64,000 nucleotides of DNA from Macrostomum lignano (lineage: Eukaryota): NCBI GenBank assembly GCA_002269645.1, contig NIVC01003755.1, positions 1 to 64,000 of the forward strand, given 5' to 3'. A program made the translations under genes and the position numbers. Below the pieces are notes generated by a model. It was not told the DNA's origin. It worked only from the letters and a program-made list of their open reading frames with translations, and searched no databases. Positions 13,101 through 26,571 of this stretch are shown piece by piece; position 1 is the stretch's first letter, and each line of letters begins with the position of its first letter.

Positions 13101-14214
13101 TAGGAGAATATTGAAGGGTGAGTAGACCTCAGAAGAGAGAGCGGGAAGGGCAGAAAAAAGGAGAGATGAAGAAGGGAAACTGAAATAGGGGAGACCAAAC
13201 ATAGACGATGAGAAGTTTGCCTCATCCAGAAAATACAGGCACTGTTAACAAGCGATTTGTCAGTTCGCCCCGAGGCCTGAGTCTGCTTGCTTGACAGTTC
13301 TCGATGAAGAGCAATCAGGAGGCTGGATTGAGTCGGGGGCGTCACGTCATGAGAAGCAGGCTGCAGTTAATTAAGCGGGAATTGCTTAGCCAATACCAAC
13401 TCGTCTCGAGCCTTTCCCCCATCTGTGCTAGAATCTCCAATTGCAAAAACTTGATTCCTTTTGTTGCTGTGCTCAAAAGAAGATATTTGGAGAACAGACA
13501 TTAATTCCGCGCCGCAGGGGGGGGGGAGGGGCGACGACGGCAAAAGAAGAATCAGCTGGACGCTGGGCGGCTAGAAATTATTCGGCAGCATCCCCCTGGG
13601 GCACACTGGGAATCGATGGCGCTGCATAGCGATTCGGGCGGATTTCTCATCTTCTCTGACAAGCTGGCACCCGGATCGATGCAGGCACTGAGTGTTGGCG
13701 AGGTTTGGGCACTGCTGCCGCTTCCTTGTGTCGCGACCGCGTCGCTATGCAATTAAATGGCAGAAAGATTTTGGCAGGCATTCACAGTAAGGTTTGCAAT
13801 TGTCAAAGGAGGGTATTTCACTCGATAATTTTTTGCCGGGAATGAAACGAGAGCTGGAGGCTCTTTTTTACTCCGCAACTATTAACAAAATTTATCATCT
13901 TTCTTTCTAAGTTGTAAGCGAATTAGCTATTCGGGAGTTTGCAGGGGAAGCTTCACGCACTGCCGCAGATCAAGGGCGGCAGTTTACCCTCTGCGCTGAG
14001 GACGCCGAGCACGCATATGCTCACACAGGGTGTACAGCGGCACCGACTTTCTCACCGTCGCCTTTAGCCTGGGAGGGGGGCTCTGGATCCGTTGTTGACA
14101 AGGATGTGATTTAAAGTGGCTCTGCAGAAAGTATTATCAATAGAAACAATTAGAGCCAATCATACATGTACAGTGTAATACTGGAACGTCTGCTTCGTCT
14201 ATGCCGCTAACGTT

Positions 14215-17200
14215 AAGGTGGCAGTGTCACATGCAGAGTCAAGAAGGTGGGAAGTGGCACATGGAGAGTCAGGGTGGAGAGTGGCACATGGAGAGTCAGA
14301 GGGTGGGGAGTGGCACATGGAGAGTCAGAGGGTGGGGAGTGACACATGGAGAGTCAGAGGATGGGGGAGTGACACATGGAGAGTCAAGAGGGTGGAGAGT
14401 GACACATGGAGAGTCAGAGGGTGGCATTGTCACATGTAGAGTCAGAGGGTGGGAAGTGGCACATGGAGAGTCAAGAGGGTGGAAAGTGGCACATTGAGAG
14501 TCAGGGTGGGGAGTGTCACATGGAGAGTCAGAGGGTGGGAAGTGGCACATGGAGAGTCAGAGGGTGGCATTGTCACATGCAGAGTCAAGAGGGTGGGAAG
14601 TGGCACATGGAGAGTCAAGAGGGTGGAGAGTGACACATGGAGAGTCAGAGGGTGGGAAGTGGCACATGGAGAGTCAGAGGGTGGGGAGTGACACATGGAG
14701 AGTCAGAGGATGGGGGAGTGACACATGGAGAGTCAAGAGGGTGGAGAGTGACACATGGAGAGTCAGAGGGTGGCATTGTCACATGTAGAGTCAGAGGGTG
14801 GGAAGTGGCACATGGAGAGTCAAGAGGGTGGAAAGTGGCACATTGAGAGTCAGGGTGGGGAGTGTCACATGGAGAGTCAGAGGGTGGGAAGTGGCACATG
14901 GAGAGTCAGAGGGTGGCATTGTCACATGCAGAGTCAAGAGGGTGGGAAGTGGCACATGGAGAGTCAAGAGGGTGGAGAGTGACACATGGAGAGTCAGAGG
15001 GTGGGAAGTGGCACATGGAGAGTCAGAGGGTGGGGAGTGACACATGGAGAGTCAAGAGGGTGGAGAGTGACACATGGAGAGTCAGAGGGTGGCATTGTCA
15101 CATGTAGAGTCAGAGGGTGGGAAGTGGCACATGGAGAGTCAGGGGGTGGCATTGTCACATGGAGAGTCAAGAGGGTGGAAAGTGGCACATTGAGAGTCAG
15201 GGTGGGGAGTGTCACATTGAGAGTCAGAGGGTGGGAAGTGGCACATGTAGAGTCAGAGGGTGGCAGTGTCACATGGAGAGTCAGAGGGTGGGGGAGTGGC
15301 ACATGGAGAGGATCAGAGGGTGGGGGAGTGGCACATGGAGAGGATCAGAGGGTGGGGGAGTGGCACATGGAGAGTCAGAGGGTGGGGGAGTGACACATGG
15401 AGAGTCAGAGGATGGGGGAGTGTCACATGGAGAGTCAGAGGGTGGGGGAGTGACACATGGAGAGTCAGAGGATGGGGGAGTGTCACATGGAGAGTCAGAG
15501 GGTGGGGGAGTGGCACATGGAGAGTCAGAGGGTGGGAGTATCACATGGAGATCGTCGAGTCCGGGTGGGGAGTGTCACATGGAGAGTCAGAGGGTGGGGG
15601 AATGGCACATGGAGAGTCAGAGGGTGGGGGAGTGGCACATGGAGAGTCAGAGGATGGGGGAGTGTCACATGGAGAGTCAGAGGGTGGGGGAGTGGCACAT
15701 GGAGAGTCAGAGGGTGGGAGTATCACATGGAGATCGTCGAGTCAGGGTGGGGAGTGTCACATGGAGAGTCAGAGGGTGGGGGAATGGCACATGGAGAGTC
15801 AGAGGGTGGGGGAGTGGCACATGGAGAGTCAGAGGATGGGGGAGTGTCACATGGAGAGTCAGAGGGTGGGGGAGTGGCACATGGAGAGTCAGAGGGTGGA
15901 GAGTGACACATGGAGAGTCAGAGGGTGGGGAGTGGCACATGGAGAGTCAGGGTGGAGAGTGACACATGGAGAGTCAGAGGGTGGGGAGTGGCACATGGAG
16001 AGTCAGAGGGTGGGGGGTGGCACATGGAGAGTCAGAGGGTGGGGAGTGGCACATGGAGAGTCAGGGTGGAGAGTGGCACATGGAGAGTCAGAGGGTGGGG
16101 AGTGGCACATGGAGAGTCAGAGGGTGGGGGGTGGCACATGGAGAGTCAGAGGGTGGGAGTATCACATGGAGATCGTCGAGTCAGGGTGGGGAGTGTCACA
16201 TGGAGAGTCAGAGGGTGGGGGAATGGCACATGGAGAGTCAGAGGGTGGGGGAGTGGCACATGGAGAGTCAGAGGATGGGGGAGTGTCACATGGAGAGTCA
16301 GAGGGTGGGGGAGTGGCACATGGAGAGTCAGAGGGTGGAGAGTGACACATGGAGAGTCAGAGGGTGGGGAGTGGCACATGGAGAGTCAGGGTGGAGAGTG
16401 ACACATGGAGAGTCAGAGGGTGGGGAGTGGCACATGGAGAGTCAGAGGGTGGGGGTGGCACATGGAGAGTCAGAGGGTGGGGAGTGGCACATGGAGAGTC
16501 AGGGTGGAGAGTGGCACATGGAGAGTCAGAGGGTGGGGAGTGGCACATGGAGAGTCAGAGGGTGGGGGGTGGCACATGGAGAGTCAGAGGGTGGGAGTAT
16601 CACATGGAGATCGTCGAGTCAGGGTGGGGAGTGTCACATGGAGAGTCAGAGGGTGGGGGAATGGCACATGGAGAGTCAGAGGGTGGGGGAGTGGCACATG
16701 GAGAGTCAGAGGATGGGGGAGTGTCACATGGAGAGTCAGAGGGTGGGGGAGTGGCACATGGAGAGTCAGAGGGTGGAGAGTGACACATGGAGAGTCAGAG
16801 GGTGGGGAGTGGCACATGGAGAGTCAGGGTGGAGAGTGACACATGGAGAGTCAGAGGGTGGGGAGTGGCACATGGAGAGTCAGAGGGTGGGGGTGGCACA
16901 TGGAGAGTCAGAGGGTGGGGAGTGGCACATGGAGAGTCAGGGTGGAGAGTGGCACATGGAGAGTCAGAGGGTGGGGAGTGGCACATGGAGAGTCAGAGGG
17001 TGGGGGGTGGCACATGGAGAGTCAGAGGGTGGGGAGTGGCACATGGAGAGTCAGGGTGGGGAGTGGCACATGGAGAGTCAGAGGGTGGAGAGTGACACAT
17101 GGAGAGTCAGAGGGTGGGGAGTGGCACATGGAGAGTCAGGGTGGAGAGTGACACATGGAGAGTCAGAGGGTGGGGAGTGGCACATGGAGAGTCAGGGTGG

Positions 17201-17625
17201 AGAGTGACACATGGAGAGTCAGAGGGTGGGGAGTGGCACATGGAGGGTCAGGGTGGAGAGTGGCACATGGAGAGTCGGAGGGTGGGGGAGTGGCACATGG
17301 AGAGTCAGAGGGTGGGGGAGTGTCACATGGAGAGTCAGAGGGTGGGGGGTGGCACATGGAGAGTCAGAGGGTGGAGAGTGGCACATGGAGAGTCGGAGGG
17401 TGGGGAGTGGCACATGGAGAGTCAGAGGGTGGGGGAGTGTCACATGGAGAGTCAGAGGGTGGGGGAGTGTCACATGGAGAGTCAGAGGGTGGGGGAGTGG
17501 CACATGGAGAGTCAGAGGGTGGGGAGTGGCACATGGAGAGTCAGAGGGTGGGGGAGTGTCACATGGAGAGTCAGAGGGTGGGGGTGGCACATGGAGAGTC
17601 AGAGGGTGGGGGAGTGGCACATGGA
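14215..17625. repeat. G-rich minisatellite, 27-30-bp unit (ggagagtcagagggtggggagtggcacat) with higher-order periods of 349 and 438-439 bp
   Basis: Tandem array. Identical spurious ORFs recur at 14296/14645 and 14442/14791 (349 bp apart) and at 15707/16146/16584 (439 and 438 bp apart). Confidence 0.96.
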
Positions 17626-19934
17626 GAATCAGTGCGTATACTGTGTTTAGAATTTGTTATTAATCAATTCTCAAGCTTTCAATTCCATCAAGACTCATTG
17701 CTGAGGGATCGACTGCATTAACTATCGATAAAAATAGCCCACAAACCTTGCGAGTCCATAAATGCGTAGTCATTATCGAATAGGCGTCCAACACTCAAGA
17801 CTAGGGCGATCACTGCAGCGTGCAGCTGACAGCTGGGCCGATCTTTGATCCGTGAAATCAGGCCGAATCGATTTTAGTTGCACGGCATGAAATAATTCAA
17901 TACATTACTAAAGGGCATCAGGTTTGAATCCGCCACGAATGGGTCTGAATGATATTTTCATGGATAAGTAAGCTGGAGGACGATTCAATTACTATTACAT
18001 GCAGTGCACGGATCGGCAAACTCCGGCCCTCGGGTCATTTTAAACTTCACAAGGGCCCGCCTAAGGTTTGTGTCTCTTCGTCTCTTCTCAGCTCTCTTCT
18101 CTCTAGTCTCCTCTCTCTTCTTGCAGGCTTGTAAAGGTTTGCAAGTTTGGGAGTTCTTAAGCTTTAAGTAGATAAAATGCTTTTGAATTGCCGAATTTTA
18201 TTAGAATAAGACATTTTTAGAAACAAAGGCAAGTCAATGAATGATAGTAATTCTTAGTTCTAAGAAAAAAGTAGAACATTGTTAATAAGTTCAGAAATTT
18301 TGGGAATCTTCTGACTTCTTGCTTGGCCAGGGCACGTCCCTAGAGTATCAATGGCTCTATTGAAGTTTAGATATACAAAATCAATGCCCATTTAGAATCT
18401 CCCTATCTAACACCCCCGTTCCCGATGCCCTGGTGGTTGACTTTAAGCTATACATATATTTGGGTTGAAGGTTCATCAAAATGAAGCTTAAATTTGAAGT
18501 CAGCACCATCAAAAATCTCTATAGAGATGAAATTATGATCCTATAAAAACTGCAACTAATTTATCTTCAAAAAGTTCAAGAAGCCCAAGTTTGTTTTTTT
18601 GTTCCTGTCGCTCCTTAAACGTGGCTAGCTACTACACCTTTTTCAAATCTATTTTGTTAAAAGTGCAGTCAAAGTCGAACTATTTTCACATTCAATTCAG
18701 ACAGTCTATGGTAGCCCTTGGTGCAATGTGCGCATCCACTTGCATTTCTTTGAGGTGTCTGTTTCGACTCACCCGTAACGAATCAACTTGTGATATGTCC
18801 TTGAAATGTCCCCGGACTCCGCAATTCAGCTGCGTCAGTTTCACACTGCGAGTGATAATCAATGTATGCAGGAGCTAAGCACTGCAATGCGCAGTGAAAA
18901 GCTGCACTCACAACAACGGTGTCGAGTCTTGAAAAAAAGATGAAAAATCTGTGCAGAAGCTGAATAAACAAGGCTGGTTCCTGCCTGCTCATAGTTTTCC
19001 ATTAATGCAATTTTCCTGTTTCCATTATTGGCGCCTGTCTCGAATACTCGAACCACAAAATCGGTTTAAGAAGTATCTCTCACCGCAGAATCTATCGGAC
19101 TTCATCATCTAGCAAAATCGATTGAATCGAAGAAAGCTCAGCAGTTGCATCTCAGCTCTGAAGCTGCGGTTTTCAAGTTCACCATCGCAATTGGAAAACT
19201 TCATTTAGCAAAGTGTTTAATTGTTTTTCTGCATTTGCAAATCCTAGCATAAAGTGGGGCGATATCTCGACAAGGACCACTGGACAAAACCATAGACACC
19301 CATAGCGAGCGGGCTGCCGTGTTTCAATCATGCTTCAACGCGCACACCAGAAAGAATGCCGAATATAGCCTCGAAATTGGGTCAGACAGTACAGTATAGC
19401 TACACGCACTTTTAGGCCCATAGATTTGCCAGTCTGCGGCTTTGCAACAAATCAGTAAGTAGTAGCCTTTTGACCATAGACATCTCTAGCGAGCACTTAA
19501 ACTTAGTTTTCATAAGCGTGGGCTACTTACTGCAAGTTAAGGTACATGATGTTCATATGTTGGTACATTTATTTATCAGTCACACCTTTACTGGTTTCTA
19601 ATTACATTAACTTGGGCCTATTCAGGCTTGTCTGCATATTGTTTCAAGTTGTGGAAAGTCTGTCAAGTTTAAGTAAACTAGCCGAGTGGGATATAGTCAT
19701 ACGCTTTAATTATAGTTTTTAAGACATTAAGCACTTATATTCTGAACATGCGCAATGCAAACAAAGTGACTGGTGTATTTTTAGTTTAACTTGGTACCGA
19801 ATAAACAGTTTTCTTTTATGCTTATTAATTGTCGTAACAGTCCTGTTAAATTAGTTCAGTCAACAGGCTAAGCATTCGCTTTTCATAATCATAAGATCCT
19901 GTCTAAGATGGCTTCCTTCTAAGTTGTCGAGCTC

Positions 19935-20382
19935 TAGTCAAGCATGGGGTCACGCAGCATCTTCATGTCGAGCGAGGGCCACGCAGCATCCTCTTGTCGA
20001 GCAAGGGGTCACGCAGCATCCTCTTGTCGAGCATGGGGTCACGCAGCATCCTCTTGTCGAGCATGGGATCGCGCAGCATCCTCTTGTCCAGCAAGGGGTC
20101 ACGCAGCATCCTCTTGTCGAGCATGGGATCACGCAGCATCCTCTTGTCCAGCATGGGATCACGCAGCATCCTCTTGTCGAGCATGGGATCCACGCAGCAT
20201 CCTCTTGTCCAGCAAGGGGTCACGCAGCATCCTCTTGTCGAGCATGGGATCACGCAGCATCCTCTTGTCGAGCATGGGATCACGCAGCATCCTCTTGTCC
20301 AGCAAGGGGTCACGCAGCATCCTCTTGTCCAGCAAGGGGTCACGCAGCATCCTTTTGTCGAGCATGGGGTCACGCAGCATCG
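19935..20382. repeat. Minisatellite, 30-bp unit (agcatggggtcacgcagcatcctcttgtcc), copy 1
   Basis: Visible tandem array; same unit as 26572-27052. Confidence 0.95.
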
Positions 20383-21057
20383 GCATCGCGTTAGAAGTCG
20401 ATAGTAAAAAGGCGCCTAGAGTAATACGGAGTGTCGCATTTTTTTATTAGCTACAGGGCATCAAACAGGCATCAAAATGTAGCTGATACAATTTACAATA
20501 AGTAGATTGATATAAATAAGGACAAAGGCTTACCAATTAGCAAAAGCGACAACAGGCAATTTTGTAGTGGCTGATGAGCCATGATCGTCTGTCTAAATGG
20601 ATAGTTAAACCGAACGAATATAGTTTACTAATTGGCTTAACAGTTATTATCAACTGATTGAATCGGTGGTTAAAAAATGTTGTGAGGCACGGACCAGACA
20701 AAGCGCCTTCTCGCTTTTATAGTCGCTTTAGAGCAGCGGTTCTGTACTGTTGGTCGACTTCTATATCTATGGCACTGCCGAAGCCATAGACGCTAATACG
20801 AGCAAAGTAGACAAATTGTACCATGACTACGTGGCTATCGGGCGGGCTGATATTCGATTATTGCCATAGACGATTTCATTTTGGCCCGAAAAGTCGCGCC
20901 GATGATGGATTTTTTCCTTTATTCTTTCTCTATAGTTGAACTGTATAGTTTCTCACTAAATCATTATGTCTATGGTTGAAATGCGAGGGCTTCGCCCCCA
21001 CACCCCCATGCCCATACCAGTGAGCATTCACTGAAAAATCGATAATGATGGATTGAC

Positions 21058-21222
21058 AATTAGCAATCTGGAGCGGAAACGAGTTTTACCACATGAGGCC
21101 ACGTAATTGTAAAGAATAAGGAGCCAGCACTGAATGTCGATGGCTCTGTCTGACTCTGTCTATGCTAGCCTGGCCTCATCAGATAAAACTGAAAAACTCG
21201 TTTCCACTCCAGGTTGCTAATT
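21058..21222. mobile_element. MITE-like element with 30-bp terminal inverted repeats
   Basis: aattagcaatctggagcggaaacgagtttt (21058-21087) versus aaaactcgtttccactccaggttgctaatt (21193-21222): inverted match with 2 mismatches; no clear TSD. Confidence 0.6.
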
Positions 21223-23935
21223 ATAGAACTCCTTGTCAACGCCTCTAGTTCGGTCTCCTCGCTACGCGCACTCGTGCCATAGACGTTAACAACACGTAAA
21301 AAAACAATTTGTGATACTCTAATTATTGATATACAAACTCAAAAGCCTCTCTCTATTTTGGCTATGGACATCCATTGTCTTCATGCTGATGCTTAATATG
21401 AATGAAGAGGAGGTTTGAAAGATTCCTCGGTTTGGGTTAGGGTTACATTTTACACACATAAGAGGGTTTAAAAATCTGGAGAGGAACAGATATCACACGA
21501 GCTACAGTACCATCATGCAGCCAAGAAACTGTCTGGAGTAACCATATCTTGATTGTCGAGAGGTCACAAGTTGATGCCCTTCTTCAACGGCAAACCGGCG
21601 CGAGGAGCGCATAAATGGAACAGCAAATCGAGGAACAGTCTATTGAAGATGACGCGTTTGTGAAGTAATTTACCAAAATGACTTCATTCAACTGACTGTC
21701 TGGTTTAAACTGGACATTAAACTAAATTCGAGATGCGTGTTTACTTTTGTCTCATCGAATTATCCACGTAATTTAGAGATCCCAGAGACCATCGGGACAC
21801 GATTTTAAGAAAATCTCGTTTTAGGAGCTGATCTTCTCTAAAATTTGATGCTTTCAATCTGTGATTTAAAATATGCTTCATTTAATGGTCAATGGAAGGT
21901 TAATAAGAAGCGAGATTTTAAGTTTCAAGATCAAGGTCATAAGTGTGCATAGCGCACGAGTGGCAATTTGGCGATTAACTTAAAATTCGCTTCATGTTAA
22001 CTACATTGATTGCATTGTCTATGATCGAAACCGGATTGTCAGTTAATGACCAGCCATTAGGCAGAGGTTATTACCGTGATGGGAAATTTCGATTAATGAG
22101 GCACTAAAGCACGGCTGGGAGTCGCGCGCACGAGTGTCTATGGGCGTGGCTACACGACCAAGCCGTGCTTTAGTTACTGGTACATTGTGTTTTCTGTTCG
22201 TGCATCAATGCCTCCTTAAGATTTTCTTATTTTGCGTTTTGTCTATGGTAGTGTTCAGCGCCGTGCCGGGGGCGGAGCCCCCACATAAGCTCGCTAAAAT
22301 TGAATATTCAGAAAAGTGTATGTATATACTGATGTCTATGGTATAAACTACGAGTCGTAAATGATTCATACTGTTTCATTTTTACCAGACTACCATAGAC
22401 TGTCTTACGAAACAGTGCTATACAGATAGTGAATTCAGGAATGGAGAAAGGACTTCTCAGTTGACTGACGAGCTGTAAAATGACTACGACCCGGCTTCTT
22501 CATTGGGACGCTTTCCCTGGAGGAATGATAAGTGGACTTACTGGCGCCGAGATCGAGAAGTACATAGATGATTTAGACTTGAAGAAAGCTGCTGAAGCAC
22601 TTTCTCTCGAGGATGTTGATCAAGTGTGTCACATTGGAACAGTTGAACAAGGAGTGTTGCGTGGCCAGTTCCGAGTGTCAAGAGAGGAGCTCAGTAGAGC
22701 GACTGAATGACTTCATCGACGCGAATGGATCCATTCAAGTTTGACATCGCGAAGTGTGAACGCTCTGCGTTAGCGTATGTGCTACGCAATGGCGTATGTA
22801 AATTTCAATCAATGTCTGTTTTTTAGTCTGTCTGTAAAATAAAACTCAAATCGTTCCTTTTTTCCTGAAGCATGACCAATGGACTTGTCTTGCTTTCTCG
22901 AGTTACATTTAAACTCAAACGCTTGAAATTGGCACCTCATAGCACGACAAAAGCTGTGCTCATGGTGTCAAGAAGTTGAGTAGCATAATTTTCATGAGTC
23001 AGTTTACATGGATAATATAGTGTATCGTATATGTATAGATATGACGAAACAGCTACGCTAACAGCTGCAATGTCAGTCAGCTTCCTGAACCAAAAATTCA
23101 AGCCAATTTTCTTCTGCCTACAGGTAACCTCAGCATGCGAATGGCTAATAAATAATTAATGAAGCCAATCAGGCATTGCTGAAGAACGCAAATCCCGCAG
23201 AAGCAACACACTGCGCCGCCACAAGATTTCTCGGCGATTTTAGCTAAACAAAGTACTGGGAATCTTGCAAATTGGCCAGCTACTGAAATTGCCTGCATTT
23301 AAGCTAAGCAAATATTTGAGAAGAAGTTTGTCGATGAATTCGAAGCTGTCATGTGCATACAGTAGCTTAGTTTTTTCGCGAGTTTTTCTGAAACTTCGTC
23401 TCAGCTGCCACCTACCAGATGCAGTCTTACAAGAATAAGCTCGTGCACGAAGATTAATCTGGGCTTGCGCCATTCTCGCCCACGAGGGCCAACAACCAAG
23501 GCACAGATCGAGCGTGTACATGCTGTACCCGACGATTAGAAAGTCAGGGCCACGCTGTACTTCTGTGTGAGCGAGTCTGTCCGCGCTCAGGGGTCAGCAG
23601 AATGGACAGGACGGCTTGTTGTGCAGCTCAATTGACTCGCAAATCTGACTCACAAAGCTCACAAGGATGTCAGAGGGGATATTAACCTCCTTTTTACCTT
23701 TCCCTGAGGCGTTATATTGTTGCACACTTCTGCGACACAGTGGCTCTCTCAGTACCAAAATCCTTCGAAGGCTGCTCCAGTAGACGGATGAAACTCCGCA
23801 AAGCACTAGGCCTATTTCATTGCAAGAGTTTCTTTAAAGAGTTTCAAGTGTGTCCGAAAAAAGTTTTAGCTACTCTGTACCCATTTACTTCGTGTCCAAC
23901 GGGACACCTGCGTTATTTAAGCCATTATTGCAGTA

Positions 23936-25505
23936 TTCCAAACGATTCCAAACGAATTATTCCAAACGATCTGAGGCTGCCGCCGGAGACGCCGTTGCCG
24001 GCAGAGGAGAGTTTTAATGCAGCCCCAGTCAGCACAGCCGACGTTGTGAGGCTCGCCCAACAGTCACCGGGCGGGAAAGCGCTGGGTCCGGACGAGGTGC
24101 CCATCGAGGCGCTGCGACTCCACTGTGTGGCCAGCGAGGTCGCCAGTGTGATGAACCGCGTGCTTTGCGGTGAGGCGGCACCCAACGAATGGACCACGGC
24201 ACACATCGTCGCTATTCCGAAGAAGCCGTGCACCACGCGGCTTGAGGAGCACAGAGGTATATATGCCTGCAGTCCTGTGCTGTGAAGCTGTTCAACCGGA
24301 TGCTGCTATCGCGGTTGCAGCCCGTGCTGGATCCGTACTTGCGGCCTGAGCAGAACGGGTTCCGGCCCCATCGTGGCACAATGGCGCAGATCCTGGCTCT
24401 TCGCCGAGTCATCGAGGAAGCGCGGACCCGCCAGTCAAGCCTGATTTCTCTCTTTGTTGAATTCAGGAAGGCTTTCGACTCGGTCGTGAGGGCCGTGCTC
24501 CCAATGGTGCTTCGTGCGTACAACGTGCCAGAGCAGCTGATCTCCGCCGTCATGGCGCTGTATCACGGCAGGAACGCTGCTGTGCTGAAATCGGACGGCC
24601 TGTCGGATTTCTTTGAGACATCCTCTGGGGTGCTTCAGGGAAATACGCTTGCGCCGTTCTTGTTTGTCCCACGACGGCTTCCTGTTGCAGCGACGCGTGG
24701 GTCGACGTCAACCGGAAAGGCGGCTTAGCATTCTGGGCTACGCCGATGATCTCGCCCTGCTGTCATCGACCGTCGAGGGCGCCCAACGCCAGCTGGACCG
24801 GCTGGTGAGCGTTGCGGCGAGTGTCGGCCTGGTGGTCAACACGCAGAAGACCGTCGTGCTATGCGTGCCGGACGACACCGAGGCTGCAATTTTCTGCCGA
24901 GGCGCGGACGGGCAGGTGACGAAGCTTCCGTGCTGTCAGCAGTTCGTCTACCTCGGTGGTCTGGTGCCTGACGTTCGCAAGGATCTGAGACGTCGCCGTG
25001 GACTTGCCTGGGCTGCCTTCCGTTCCGTGAGGGTTGTCCTGCAGTCCGAGGCCCTGCCCGACCGCCAGAGGGCGGCGTTGTTCCAGGCGGTGATCGAGAC
25101 CGTCCTGTTGTACAACGCCGAGACCTCGACGCTGACGGACTCGCTCGAACAGCTGGTCGATGCGGCGCACGCTGGCCGGCTGCGCGCCGCCTTTAAGACC
25201 GGCTACGAGCGAGTCACCAATGCGGCACTCTATCGCCGCACTGGCCTGTCCCGCCCCAGCGAACTGTTGCGCCGTGGGAGACTCCAGCTAGCAAGCAATT
25301 TCATCCGAGCAGATTCGTACTGCCCACAGCTGGTGCAGGTGCTGCTGCTGACGCTGCAGGCACCCTACCGGCGGGGGCAGGCGCGCACTCGGCGTTTCGT
25401 TCGGACACTGCCGGCGGTGCAGCCTACGTTCGCGCCCAGGCCTTGAAACGCGCCTTGTGACGTTGTCTGCTAACTGATTGACAACGTATTTTGTTGTTGT
25501 TGTTG
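23936..25505 (+). mobile_element. 5'-truncated RTE-clade non-LTR retrotransposon (RT with frameshifts), (TTG)n tail, 10-bp TSD
   Basis: GKALGPDEVPIE, IVAIPKK, KLFNRMLLSRL, EQNGFRPHRGT, VEFRKAFDSV, GVLQGNTLAPFLF, LGYADDLALL, FVYLGG. Tail ttgttgttgttgttg at about 25490-25505. TSD tattgcagta at 23926-23935 and 25506-25515. Confidence 0.93.
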
Positions 25506-25806
25506 TATTGCAGTAACATTTCCAGAAGCTCATTTTAAAGTTAGACGATTCGCTAAATGTTGGTTAACAAAAAAATAGCAATAACCAGATTCAATATTCA
25601 GTGGCAATAACCAAGTTTAGCAGTCTTATTACATGTAGATACGCAGATATGTAATTTTCCTGATAAAAATCTTGCGTGTTTCTCGTTGCTTCACATCCGC
25701 AAGCCAAAGTTTCCTTCAAGGCATGCATTATTTGTAGAAAGTGTGCGTTGAAGAATGGAAAGTTATTCTGAGCTGAAACCTGAACACTTCCATGATCTAA
25801 AATATT

Positions 25807-26096
25807 AATAATAATAATTGATTACAACTGCCCTGATGGCCAGATGAGCAACCGACAGCTCAACTGGCAGCTCATCTGAAGGCTGCGTACGGCTGTTCAG
25901 TCCAAGGACTGGGTAGTCGCCACACACCCTCAATTACCCCAGCTAATGCTGGCACCCATTTTACAGCTGGGTGAACTGAAGCAATGCAGAGTTAAGTGTC
26001 TTGCTCAAAAACACAAATTTTTCCGAGTGGGTCGAAAATCGAACCCCCGACCTTTCAGTCGCTAGTAGGACGTTCTAACCACTGGGCTACAGCGAC
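25807..26096 (-). mobile_element. tRNA-derived SINE with CORE-like domain and (ATT)n tail, copy 1
   Basis: Minus strand: box A tagcccagtgg, box B ggttcgattt, then ttgagcaagacacttaac...cccagctgtaaaatggg and an (att)n tail. Homologous to 62429-62733. Confidence 0.85.
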
Positions 26097-26571
26097 TTTA
26101 TGCTTTAAGATACTCCACGAGTACAAAGCGAGTCCGCCCTAGCAGGAAGTAGGTACTCCAACCCATCACCTCTGGACCAGTAGGCGTGAAAATGGAACGC
26201 TTTTAAAGAAAATATTTTTTTGCATTGCGCCACCTGAGATTTACGTAATCAGCGTGGGTTAACTTCGAATAATCAGTAACAGCCTCGCCCAGTAATGAAA
26301 ATCTAAGTTCGAAGAAAATATGCGATTTGCTACTCTCTGGCTGAGAACAAGTGCGAACAGCACTGAGAGCCAGCTTTGTAATTTCCAGCAGGTGTGAAAC
26401 AGTTTAAAATAGGAACGAGTGGGAATCGATTCAGGCCGAAAAGTGTCTAATTCGCTCGACATCCCAGGAGATCTATGGAACCGATTAAAAGCTACAAGCC
26501 AGTAAAAGTACATTCTTGGTGTCGACTAGACCAAAACAGTTGCTCGCATCAGAGTAGAACAAATCTTCTAG

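Larger units (their letters stand above)
18704..22400. mobile_element. Cluster of short non-coding modules delimited by CCATAGAC/GTCTATGG sites (putative Crypton-type non-autonomous elements)
   Basis: Exact 8-mer at 18704, 19290, 19474, 20784, 20864, 20968, 21277, 22136, 22241, 22334 and 22393, plus near-matches. ttttgtctatggta (22237-22250) is the exact reverse complement of the 14-mer flanking the recombinase gene. Confidence 0.5.

Noticed and set aside
21432-21446. Telomere-like gggttagggtta
   Set aside because: Fewer than two full units; expected by chance.
22480-23520. P/THAP9-like transposase remnant (also 58729-59165)
   Set aside because: Only vague resemblance across many stops; not supportable as a feature without a profile search. 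Kept only as the alternative explanation for the CATAG termini.
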